Source of the DNA: Laetmonice hystrix
Taxonomy: Eukaryota
Direction of reading: 5' to 3'
DNA length: 64,000 nt
NCBI GenBank assembly: GCA_965235115.1
Contig: OZ249445.1
Location: forward strand, 2,976,001 to 3,040,000
Position numbers and translations under genes: made by a program. This document shows, one piece after another, positions 20,328 through 33,171 of this stretch. The notes beneath the pieces are model-generated. The model was not told the DNA's origin and did not search any database. It was given only the letters and a program-made list of their open reading frames with translations. The stretch's first letter is position 1. Every line of letters begins with the position of its first letter.

Positions 20328-23300
20328 TTTCTTTACTACTGGCCCATTGACTGCCAGCTGGCTCTCTTTAAGTTCAAGTTCAAAATACTTCTAAGCTAAG
20401 TCTACTATTATTTATAACAATGTCCTGAGATGCACTCAGAATGACCTGAAGACATCATACAGTTTCTAATGACCTTTTCAGTATCCTTTCAGCCTATTTA
20501 CCATTTAGGGTGTGTAGATGGCACATCCCACTTTTCCCCCTAGATAGTTCTTTAGTTCTGATACTTGTCTGGAAACATGATTACAGAGAAACTGTTTGCC
20601 AGTATCAAGTGACGCCAGGCTGAGGTCAGATCTGGTGACTGTGCACAGCGTTGGATTCCATAGCCATGAGGGCAGTGAGATTAAGTCAAGACGCAGGTCT
20701 TATCCTTGCTCTGCCTACTTGCTGGGAAAGTGATGTAGGGTGACCAACTGTTGTCAGGACGGCTGTGGACTGCTTGGCACATGTTGACTTTGGGCTGAGG
20801 CGCCCATGTTAATGCCTGGTACTTCTCAAGCCCTCCTCCTCCTCCTCTCCCTCCCTTTCTCTCTTTCTCTCTCATCCTGAGGCATGTTGCCTTGGCTTTC
20901 GGCCAAGAGGACACCAAATGACTGGGGCCATCCACAGCGCCTTAGCATCGACCATCTCCGTGGCAACATGCACTCTGTTATTCCCATGAAATCAAGCAGG
21001 ACATCAGTCAGGCACTGCGTCCTGGCCAACTAGTTTCTGACGGGCCGTGGTCTACCAACCATGACCAGGCCAACCAGCACCAAAACCCGGACGATGCCTC
21101 TCTCCCATTCCTCAAATAAAATCAACAGTCTACTATATCCTGGTCATAACACAAAGGCTGCGTCGAGACCATATAACATTGTATTTTTCCCAGCCCAAAT
21201 CAGTAACAATACGCCACAATAAAGGGCTGTAATTATTCCCATTGTTTGGCAGGATTACGCCTTCTTTGCGGGAGGTGGTATTTGGCGGTGAAAGTACTCA
21301 TACCAAACGTTACAAATTTAAATGTTTAAGCTTCAATGCTGAAATATTCATCTGAAGTGAACAGGCTTAAATACTGGGCTGTCCTTGTGCTGGGCCATTA
21401 AGCTGGTGATCGGCCCAACACCTGGGGGGATTGGCAAGGAATGATGCCGCGCGGCTGAAGGCGCAGCCTCTCAATTATAGGTGTAAACATCCACAACTGT
21501 CAATTAGTCCCCAGCTGGTTAGGCCTTATGGAGAAACCACCAAAGGTTCCCAATCACATCTCTCATGTCTGTACCAATCGGACCGTCACTGATACTGGTA
21601 TTGGCGTCAACCCCACCGCCCGCAGTCAATGCGACAAGAGGCCTGGACGGTTAGCGGATTGTCTGCAGGTGCGTGAACCATGTCCTAATGATTACAACTG
21701 TATCAGTAATTGCTACCGGGGTCACCGACCATGGCTTACTCCACTGGTCACCACTTGTATTTCTGTTATCCCACATGACGCAGATTCTGCACCTATTGTC
21801 ACTTAATTTCACATGAGTAATCTTCTGCAATATTTTCAAATTCCTTGAAAATGCGCTCTCGGTCGGATCTTACATAATCTATGTTAAAAGAAGCAGTAAA
21901 GTAACAACAATCCACAACCTGGTCTCAGTGTGAATGTCACACAATATCTCCAAGGTATTTAGTACTCGGACACATGGCCCACAGAAAGGGCCAAGGACCT
22001 GTGACGTATACCTCTGTGAGGCCCTCAGGGGCGCCCATAGATCAGAGACTGGGGGAGCAGGTTCGCCAGTCTGGGTGTTTCCACATGTCAAACAGTACAT
22101 TCGGTGACACAAATAGTAGCCATCATTTCCTGCCTGTTTCCACTAGTAGGAACCCTTCATTGGGGCCTGGCAGGAATTATGTAAGAGGTCTGTGCTTCCG
22201 AGGCTGACCGAAAGCCAATTAACCTGGCCTGGAGGCCAAGCCTTGAGTTAGCCTTATCTGGGCAGTCCCGTGGCATCACACTGCCCCCCTGTGGCCATTC
22301 CCCGTGCAAGGTTGTCGGCGTGGACCCACTGCAATGGACAACCGACGGCCTTCACGGCGTAGACCGGGTGGCAAACCGGAACCTAGCCACTACTGTACCT
22401 CCCAAGGCTGCTTGCCTCGCGAAGACAGATGCTCTCCAACCCTGTCAACACTCCGCTTGCCTCCCCCCAACACTAGCAGCACTAATTCCGCATCAGCCAA
22501 CCACCTACCTGGTCACAGGTAATCTAGGCTGATTAGGACCACAGTGTAATACCACATCCTGCCGCCGTCCTACAGGCTTACACCGACCCCGCCCCTAAGC
22601 AATCACTAAATCAGGGATCCTGACGGGACTGCCATTACGGCTGTCTGCCCCCCACAACTACCATTGAAAGGTACCAATCCACAATCACAACGATATCCCT
22701 GCTCCCTTCAATAACCGGGCCGTATTATACTGAACCTAACCGTGATATCACTCGTTAATTGGCTGTGGTCTTACCAAAACTATGCCAGTCGTCCACAGGT
22801 TATCGCTTTACTGAGGCCCTCACCCCCACCCCTACCCATCGCCTGTCTTCGTTTTATGGGTTTAGTCAGGAATGAACTCAGGCTGCACTGATTAGCTTCA
22901 AAATGACAATTCTCCAAACAGGTATCTCTTTTCATGCTTTAAATATTTTTGTTGAATGTAGTTTCATTAACTCTAGTATACCTCTAAGTTATTGGCAGTT
23001 CACTACAATATTACATGATGCAGACAAGTAATCGATAGGTTAGGGGTAAAAGACAATACATAACATTAATAACCTGTTTGCTACAACTGAATCCGTATTA
23101 CATTCTGAGAAAGGAATGATCGAAAAAGACGCTCTTAATTATCAATATTCTGTATTAAATCCATCCTGCAAAACCAAGGCTCTAATTTCAGGATTTCAAC
23201 CAACAGTTACTCAGAACTTTTTCTCTTCCAATGCGAAACATTTTGGCAAATTTTGATCTGGCACTTGTAAATCCAGGCCTCATTGGAAGCGAGATATTCC

Positions 23301-25367
23301 TTTAAATCTGCAGCCTAACAACGGTCTAATATAAACATTTGCAGAAAACATGGGCTGTAAGGCAATTACCCAATTACTGGTCGGTGTTGGGGAATACAAC
23401 CAATGTCTGACGCCTGCCAGGCCTGCTGAGCGTTTAACTGAGATATGGAGGTAGCGTTGGTTCACAGAGGACTCTCCCGCCATTATAATTGACTGGACAC
23501 CTACACAGTCACACTAATAAAAGTCAAAATAAAACAGAACCGGGAGAGTACCAGAGGGACTGCCTATTGCATAACACAGCGCGTCTGTCAACGACGGCTG
23601 GATTATAATACAAGCTGTCGACCTATGACCTGAGTCGGCCCAGAGACGTAATTAGTCACTGCAAACCTGGCTCACTGTATAGCAATCACTGCCAACTCGG
23701 CTGAATTATTTTACAACACAAACTGCTGAGCACTGCCCGTAAACTCAGCTGACTGCCCAATGCTTCTCCTCGTCCCTATTATCTATTTAAAACCAATTTT
23801 TTAAAAAGTCTATTTTGTACTTCTCACTCTTTCACTGTCTCTTCACAGTGTCACATTATGTTATACTGAATGTAGGACACCTTACAATGGCTGCCATACT
23901 TTAAAAAATGCTACTATAGATGTGAACTACCACAATACAGGAATGTTTTAATAAAGCAGACCAAAATATTTTCTCTGTTCGGTGCACTAAATGTACCTGT
24001 GTCTACAGTCTTAGTGGCCAATTGCTTTCTAGTCGGCCGTCAGCTATTTGTATTAGCAGAAGCTCTATCTGTGTACATCAGTGCATGTCTGACTATTGTC
24101 TATCCCAGTTGGTGCTTTCCTTGGCATCACACCATACCAAGTGCACTGACAGTAGGGCTTGTATAATCCTTTGACAGAAGACGTGTCTGAGAGCTGAAAA
24201 CAGGTTGAGTACTACACGATTGGTTCCCATGACAGGAATTCTACTGTCTAAACCTGCTCGATATAACCTAGGCTTAAATACTATCAAATCAAACGGATGC
24301 CTACATGACAACAAATCATTGAGAATCGGGCGGGCTATACTGTCGCTCTAAATCTCACAAATAAATCTTCCTCAATACTTTTACCACGAATTCCCTTTGA
24401 AATCCTACTTGATATTCATGCACTAAAAACAATGGCGAAGGATATATGTGGGTTGGGGACCCGGGGTGTCATGTGTGATGCTCACATTTAAAGTTCGCTA
24501 AAAACATTTCAACGTGCTCAATGATCAAAATATACAAAAACACCTATCAGGTTTACATGGACATCTAGGCCCAGTAATGTGGGGGTAACACAGGTCAGAT
24601 TATGTAACGATACAGTCATCTGTATGACGTCAGAGGGTTATTATACAAGTAGTGGAATGCTCACACGAAACCCGCATGAAAAATGACTTGAACTCAGATA
24701 TGTGTTGCAGGAGTGGCACAAGTCGAGGAGATCGCTTTGTAATATTACAAGTTTCTCGTAATGAAGTTTGAAGGAAATGATAGAGTACCCCTCAACACCG
24801 AATCAATGACCTACGAGTTATACAAATATGAACGTAGAACTTGACATCTACTGCCGAGTTTCATTCATATTTCTCCTCTAAGCTTATCTTAACTTTCGGC
24901 TGACATTTAGCAGCCTAACTACGCTGGAATGGGTGGAAATGGTCGGTCGTGTTACCAGCACTCAGTGTCAGTGGTTACAATGTGCCCGGTGTGAGTAGTA
25001 TTCCCGGTCTATACAGACAAACATGTCACAGCGTGCTCAGTACCAATATACAGCCGCTACACAAGTGTCCTCCAGTCATTACTCAAACTCGCAGGATTCC
25101 ATCCCTGCCAGGCCAGGGGGAGGGGGGTCATTCATGATCCAACTCCACATGATCTGGTTGCTCCTGACCCGCTGGATAGATGGAGACTGTGGTACAGATC
25201 AAAAGGGATCGTTCTCACAGCAACCAGAAAGTTTGCCCATGAATATTGAATGGCGGCAGCGGTTCTCGTCACCGCCGCCAGATGTGTTGGATGCGGGTCA
25301 GTTCCCACACAGCACCTTCTCACTCATCATCATAGCCATCATCATCGTTTTACTTTCATTTACCCCA

Positions 25368-25423
<56 letters not shown>
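25368..25423. repeat. (CTG)n microsatellite, about 19 units
   Basis: Pure GCT run. Confidence 0.97.
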
Positions 25424-26506
25424 AGCGAGAGCCACTTTTTTGTAGAAGGGGAGGGGGCCGGGTGGCTTATGCTCAGAGGAATCAGTTCTTTATTACCCCA
25501 CTATGCACTAAGACTATTGGGGTTGCAGTGTGAAAGTTGAAGGTTGTAGCGGTAGGTGCATGTTTTGTGAAGTTAAATTGTGCTTGTATACAGTATTTAA
25601 CCACGCTGGCGCATGGTCGTAATGGCTGACCTAGCAGGCCTAATTAAGGCTGCTGCCACATCGTGCTCTCCTCCGAGAACGAGGCTACATCTACATCATC
25701 CGCGGCTATTTATGGTAAAGGGCCCGAATGGAAGTGCGTTGGAATGTGTGTAATTTTGTGTGGAGTGGATGGTGGCTAGGCTGTGTTCAGTGCTGTGTGG
25801 CCAAGTGTTGTGGAACGAGTGGGATGGTGGTGGTGGTGGTGGTGGGGGGGGGGGGGGGGGGTGCATGTATGAATTATTACTGCTGATAGAAGGCGTAGGT
25901 TGAACGGAGTGGGGGTTGGGTATGGGGGGGGGGGGCATCGCGCACAGATGCTGCTGAGTGTGACGTCGCCCCTGTTCGCATGTGGCCGACGCTTACCAGG
26001 CATGGGGCTGTATACAATCAGTGCGTCTCCCGTGCATTGGCCGGCTATTTATCACGCTGCTAAGCAGTCTGTGCTCTCCAGCCACGTGTGGTGTGGGTAA
26101 CACGCACGCATGACACTGACACGGGTCCCGACACACCTCAACTATCACACACACAGACACACACAGCCGTCTGTGAGCAGGCCATCTTATACACAACAAT
26201 CAAACACAACATTGCAATAGTCAGCATCTTTTCTACCATCTCCAACGTCTGGCCTCATCTCTCATTGCTAACACCATTTAGCTGCCGCGGATAATGTTAA
26301 AGTCTCACAGACCAGTGACTTTTTACCTTGACACTCTGACAACCGTTTAATTTAGTTTCCCCCTCTAACTGTGGTCGGAGTCCAGTCCTCTCAGGCAGCA
26401 GGAGATGTTATATAATATGCAATGCATCAGACCACATTATTTGAAACGGCAGTCATGGGGAGCTTCAGAACCCAGCGATACCAGACGCACTGCGTATTTC
26501 AGCGGG

Positions 26507-27233
26507 AACTGCACCCAACCCGCTGGTGACTGCCCACTGGCTACCAGCACAACTGCACCCAACCCACTGCTGGCTACCAGCACAACTGCACCCAACCCGC
26601 TGCTGACTGCCCACTGGTTACCAGAACAACTGCACCCAACCCGCTGCTGACTGCCCACTGGCTACCAGCACTACTGCACCCAACCCGCTGCTGACTGCCC
26701 ACTGGTTACCAGCACAACTGGACCCAACCCGCTGCTGACTGCCCACTGGCTACCAGCACAACTGCACCCAACCCACTGCTGGCTACCAGCACAACTGCAC
26801 CCAACCCGCTGCTGACTGCCCACTGGTTACCAGAACAACTGCACCCAACCCGCTGCTGACTGCCCACTGGCTACCAGCACTACTGCACCCAACCCGCTGC
26901 TGACTGCCCACTGGTTACCAGCACAACTGGACCCAACCCGCTGCTGACTGCCCACTGGCTACCAGCACTACTGCACCCAACCCGCTGCTGACTGCCCACT
27001 GGTTACCAGCACAACTGTACCCAACCCGCTGCTGACTGCCCACTGGCTACCAGCACTACTGCACCCAACCCGCTGCTGACTGCCCACTGGCTACCAGCAC
27101 AACTGTACCCAACCCGCTGCTGACTGCCCACTGGCTACCAGCACAACTGCACCTAACCCGCTGCTGACTGCCCACTGGCTACCAGCACAACTGTACCCAA
27201 CCCACTGCTGACTGCCCACTGGCTACTAGCACA
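26507..27233. repeat. 44-bp minisatellite, about 17 units
   Basis: Unit CTGCACCCAACCCGCTGCTGACTGCCCACTGGCTACCAGCACAA. Two 33-bp variant units start at 26551 and 26760. Confidence 0.95.
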
Positions 27234-30200
27234 GCTGAATTTAAGCATAACATGCGTCGTTACGTTGGCTGTGTAGTAGCAGGCCAGCCTGTGTCCGTCT
27301 CTATCTGACTCAAGGCGGCGTGAGTGGCCGCCAGGCCTGCCAGCGCTGACGTTGACAGTTCAGTGATATCACATGTAGACAGTGCCACATCTGACATGCA
27401 AGTGGCACGCCCGGGCTTAATACACCACCGCTTCTGATTGGCTGCCGACGCCGCGAGCCTCTGGAATGAGGTTAGAGACAACAATCAGTTTGTTTGAGAA
27501 ACGGGGCATCCTAGGTTGAGGGTGTTCCCGGCAAAAATGGGGTAGAGCAATAGGGGCGCGCTGGATTGCTTCATAGCAGATTCGGAGCTAAGATAGACGA
27601 TGCAGGGATCATCGGTAGCCTGCTGCCACCACAGGCCCTGTACCACAGCTCCGCAGCAATAGACTTGACCTATTTACACCTCATTGGACACATTCCAGCG
27701 GAGGGTTCGCCTAAGACAAGTGTCTAGGTGAGATCCAGCACGCTCCGAGTCTGCTGTTAGCTGACTCCAACTGAATCAGCCGGATGTGTAAGCAACCCGC
27801 AGACAATTCACTCAACAAAATTATTACTGTCATCCCGCTGTATTATTTTCAACATGAACGGTATTTCCCCCCGTTTACATCAGACAAGGAGATGGGGGAA
27901 TGTTAGATGGAACCAGAGAGTATTCTCTGAGGGAGGATGCTGGGATGAGCTGTGGCCCGGCAGTCTGAAGTGATGGACACGCTGAGGTGGTCAGATTTAG
28001 CCTCTCAGAGAACAGGGGTGGCTTCCCGCATCCCTGGTCAACTGCAAAGGTTGGCAGTGATGCATTAATCTTCGAGCCTTGTCTGTGCTGTGGGTTCAGT
28101 CAAGGAATGGCCCTGAAAGGGCTGCGGTGGAGGGGGGCGCTGAGAAGGGTATGGTGAAAGCGCATGGTTAGGGTGATGGGCACGACGACATAGAGGGTGG
28201 GGAATATAAGACCATTCCAACGTTAGGACCGTCAGTTTCACACTGATAACACCCTTGGTCTGGCAAGGACCTGACACAACCATAAATTTTAACAAAATTA
28301 ATATTCATAGATTGGTTGACACCGGGCTAATAGGGCAGGCCCAAGGGAGAGGCAGCGGTGAAGGTTGGGGCTAGCGCGAGTGTTGGCATCACAGCCAATA
28401 ATAATTAGGCCGGCGTGTTTCCACCAGTGAGAATAATGGCCGCATAGGGGAATGAGTACGCCGGCGACTAGGCAGGATTTGGGTACCATTTGCAGACCAC
28501 GCTGGAGGTGGCAGATTCCTAGCCGCAGAATTGGACAAATTGCACGGCAGATTGGTGCAACGATTCGGCCTCATTTTTAGCTTATGCCACTAGTGTGTTG
28601 ACTGCAGTGCCCCGAGCAAGGCGAGGAATGAGGGCTGACAGAGGAATTTTTTACTGTCGTAGTTGACATCGGAGATTTGTCCGCGCGGCTTAGCTCGCAA
28701 TGGATGTGCTGGCCCATCACAGGTATCGAGGGGAAGCGCTGATTGCATCAAACATCCCCTAGTGTAGCGGCCCAAGACAAAGTGCTCCAAACGTCCTTTC
28801 GTAAAGAGACCGCCTCCATGAACCTCATGATGACTTCTACCACCTGCCAGTTCCGTCGTCTGCCCCGGAATATAACCCGTCCTTGTAAATTTTAAAGACT
28901 CCCATTGATTTAAAGACCTCAATGGGTTATCATGCGCCAACCAGATTGCCCTCCTGAGTGGCCGGTGACGCCCATGCTACATCACAGCGGGACCTTGCTA
29001 TGGATTGCCTGACTGACTCAGTGCATCATTGCACCTCATGTCAAACCAGCATCACCAGCCGGGTCCAAGTCCGTCAGCCACCTTCATACCTGCGGCGTGC
29101 CTCCACTGACGGCTTATAAAACGTTATCAATAAATCTACCTGCCCGCCCTGACCACTGTAAGCCAACCATTGTGGTCAAGTGGTTGGTCTCAGCAAGAGG
29201 AGGCAGTCAGTCCGGCTGACTCCATCACGGTCAATCTTTCCCAGGAAGCTCAATGAGTGACCACTGAGGTGTGTCCAGTTAGTGTGCGTGACCTCCCCAC
29301 CTGCCCAAGGCAGATGGTCAGCAGGCTTACTGGCCACGTCCTGCATGGTCAGCGGCTGATCCACCACCACCGCCATGACCACCACCACCGCCGCCACCAT
29401 CGCCACATGAGGCAGTCAGCTGCATGATTCGGTTCATGCTGATAATCATGAATAATTTGGATTATGTGGATTAGTAGCATGGTCCTAATCCCGCCCCCAC
29501 CTGTGAGACACCCACCTACAACCTCACCCCAACTTCACCTGTACGTCTGTCTGCCCAGGTGCATAGATCACCTGGGTCCCTTTCAATAAACGTCCTCTCA
29601 AAATGGTTTCTTTGAGAAAGAGGAACCCTGGCCACTCAACATCAAAGTAGGCCAATATCACTCAAGCAGTCTTGCATGTATTCTTTAAAAAAGAAACACA
29701 CGAACAAAAAACCAAAGCAAGAGAAAAACACAAAAGGCATCACTCATGCCCACTTCATTGGGCTCTCGAAGCAGGGCGAGCTACAATAAAACAAGTGTTG
29801 ATAAACCACTGGCAACCACGTGCTCCCCCCCCCCCCAACTACCCCATGAATAACCAGTACATCCTACAACGATGACAATATTCATTGATATTTACTCGCA
29901 CCATTCGTCCATACGCCTGGAGGAAAGAACAGTAGGATTCAAGCTTGCACCTTGGTGCCTTGGTAGTTGCATTAGGTCCACCAGGCCTGAGGCGGCGCCA
30001 TGGCGGCTTCCTCGACATCACCAAGGGCAGCAGCACCATGGCAGCACCAGAGGCGGCGACCGTGGGGGCCTCCAGCCACAAGTCCTCACTGCTCCTAGAG
30101 CTGTAGCTGGTATTTTCAGTGAAAACGGGTTTATTTTTCTAGCATCTCCCGCCAATCAATCGGTACAAGTTGACCTGTTGGTGGCATGGCCGCCTGCCTG

Positions 30201-30704
30201 CCTTCCTAACCTCTCCAATAGTTTAAACGCAATGGACTCAAGATACCAAAGTTTCACGGTAAAATTTGTGGCCACTTAATAAAAATGAACTTCAAGCTTT
30301 GGCAGTCTGTGAAACCTATGGAACCAAATTGATGAAGTCCATAATCCATCATCGGCCTAAAATAATAACTGCCGATAAAAAGCTAGCATGTAGGGGGCGG
30401 TTCTGTTTGTATGAAGACGCTAATTAGGGCGCCAAGTTGTTGTGCCAAGGCTGCTGAATGGAGAGTTGGTCCGAAGTGAGGAAGGCTGTGAGAGTATGGA
30501 AATGGTGGCAGTGCTGGGACGGGGGGTGCGGTTTGTGTTGGGTACACACACCACGGACTGGGGCCCTGCTGGATAGCGATGGAGACTTGGCCTGGCTTGG
30601 TTCATTCCATACGGGGGAGGTCATGCATAAAGTAGGTCGGAGCAATAAACGTGGCTTCACTTTACGCGGGGGTAATATGCTAAACATCTGCAGAGCCGCC
30701 GCCT

Positions 30705-30705
<1 letters not shown>

Positions 30706-30777
<72 letters not shown>
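30706..30777. repeat. (CAG)n microsatellite, about 24 units
   Basis: Pure CAG run. Confidence 0.97.
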
Positions 30778-30778
<1 letters not shown>

Positions 30779-31556
30779 TGTGATGTACTCCTACTGTAGA
30801 GGTCTGATGATCTAGTCTGGCCACGGTTCTTGCCTTACTCTCTCTGCCATGGTGAAATGAGTGACCAACACTTGGCCTTTAACACCATACAGGCGGGAAG
30901 GCCACATCTACACTGGCAACTGACTACGTTTTGTATCACCTAATTCCGCATCATCAGAGATGTAAACTTATCGTTTTAATTCCCATCTTGATCACTAACA
31001 CATCACGTTATAATGTTAGCGATACCAACCAGCTTCGGTCTGTTGACATCCCAGATTAACATTTATATTTTTGATCCACCCTGTTACCTCCACCTCTCCC
31101 CGTCAAGTCCTGAGCAGTCTCCCTCCAAGCAGGCAGTAGGGGCTGGCCAAACAAAGCTGAAACACCGGTATGGTATAAAGATGCGTTTACATAGCATGCG
31201 CTGGCCGCCACGTCGCAGGCCTTGCGAGAATGCCACATGTGAAATAGGCAATTACGTGTTTACCCCGCACCCATCACAGTCGCTGCAACTCTGTAGTTCA
31301 TCAAAGCCTGAATTTATTCGGCAATTCGGGCATTCCACGGGGCTAACTACTTAATGGGGCACGAGTGTGCAGTCTATGCGTACACCAACAATAGTATTGG
31401 GACGCCCAACCCAAAACTTTGGGATAGCTGCAAATATTATCAATTATGCATAAACCAGCTCAGCACACAGCGGGGAAGTTATGTAGCCGGCAGTCGCCAT
31501 GAACATTATCCCCCACCCCCTACCCCACCCCTTCACCAATTATCACATTAAAACTG

Positions 31557-31570
31557 GTTGCCATGGCAAA
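31557..31570. promoter_or_regulatory. RFX X-box-like motif
   Basis: GTTGCCATGGCAAA, 13/14 match to the palindrome. Confidence 0.4.
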
Positions 31571-32070
31571 AATTACTAGCACAGTTGTATGCAAATTAAA
31601 ATCAGGTATTGTGTTAAATTGGAAACATTTCAATTTGTGTTTGGGTTAAGCGACTGGGACTCCTAACCTCCATAGCTATGTAAAGTACGGGTGAAAACTT
31701 CCCCCACCCACCCTGGATCTCGGACCTGGACCGTCTGCAGACTATCCTGGTCACGTGACAGTGGAAGGTGTATTTTATCAACTGGATGCTAACCTGCTTG
31801 CTCTGATCGTAACGTGATCACCGCCCGAGGCGGACTTTAAGACAGGATAGCAGACACTTGCCTCCAGTACCTCGGGGAGTGCACCCACTGGAGCGGCTGG
31901 CTATATTCTCCCGGTGAAATGCCCTCTCCCCCCTAGGGACCCCACCGACTGCAGCATCAAAATGGCCCGAAAGTGACGCTTAAATGAGTCCCCACCTACC
32001 TTAAATATAACTAACATGTCATGGGATACTTTGACGGGATACTGGGGTTTTATGGTCTTTCAAGAAAAAG

Positions 32071-33171
32071 TGTTAAGCATGAGAGCCCTGTGCAGAGACA
32101 GGTTAGCCCCCATCAATGTTAACTATGAGAGCCCTGTGCAGAGACAGGTTAGCCCCCATCAATGTTAAGCATGAGAGCCCTGTGCAGAGACAGGTTAGCC
32201 CCCATCAATGATAAGTATGAGAGCCCTGTGCAGAGACAGGTTAGCCCCCATCAATGTTAAGCATGAGAGCCCTGTGCAGAGACAGGTTAGCCCCCATCAA
32301 TGATAAGTATGAGAGCCCTGTGCAGAGATAGGTTAGCCCCCATCAATGTTAAGCATGAGAGCCCTGTGCAGAGACAGGTTAGCCCCCATCAATGTTAAGC
32401 ATGAGAGCCCTGTGCAGAGACAGGTTAGCCCCCATCAATGTTAAGCATGAGAGCCCTGTGCAGAGACAGGTTAGCCCCCATCAATGTTAAGCATGAGAGC
32501 CCTGTGCAGAGACAGGTTAGCCCCCATCAATGTTAAGCATGAGAGCCCTGTGCAGAGACAGGTTAGCCCCCATCAATGTTAAGCATGAGAGCCCTGTGCA
32601 GAGACAGGTTAGCCCCCATCAATGTTAACTATGAGAGCCCTGTGCAGAGACAGGTTAGCCCCCATCAATGTTAACTATGAGAGCCCTGTGCAGAGACAGG
32701 TTAGCCCCCATCAATGTTAAGCATGAGAGCCCTTGCAGAGACAGGTTAGCCCCCATCAATGTTAAGCATGAGAGCCCTGTGCAGAGACAGGTTAGCCCCC
32801 ATCAATGTTAACTATGAGAGCCCTGTGCAGAGACAGGTTAGCCCCCATCAATGTTAACTATGAGAGCCCTGTGCAGAGACAGGTTAGCCCCCATCAATGT
32901 TAAGCATGAGAGCCCTGTGCAGAGACAGGTTAGCCCCCATCAATGTTAACTATGAGAGCCCTGTGCAGAGACAGGTTAGCCCCCATTAATGTTAACTATG
33001 AGAGCCCTGTGCAGAGACAGGTTAGCCCCCATCAATGTTAAGCATGAGAGCCCTGTGCAGAGACAGGTTAGCCCCCATCAATGTTAAGCATGAGAGCCCT
33101 GTGCAGGGACAGGTTAGCCCCCATCAATGTTAAGCATGAGAGCCCTGTGCAGAGACAGGTTAGCCCCCATC
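32071..33171. repeat. 46-bp minisatellite, about 24 highly homogeneous units
   Basis: Unit GAGAGCCCTGTGCAGAGACAGGTTAGCCCCCATCAATGTTAAGCAT, with AAGCAT/AACTAT/AAGTAT variants. Confidence 0.95.

Noticed and set aside
25826-25935. (GGT)n and long G homopolymers (also 19101, 29824, 33877, 43783)
   Set aside because: Simple low-complexity runs with no further structure; G4 potential alone is uninformative.
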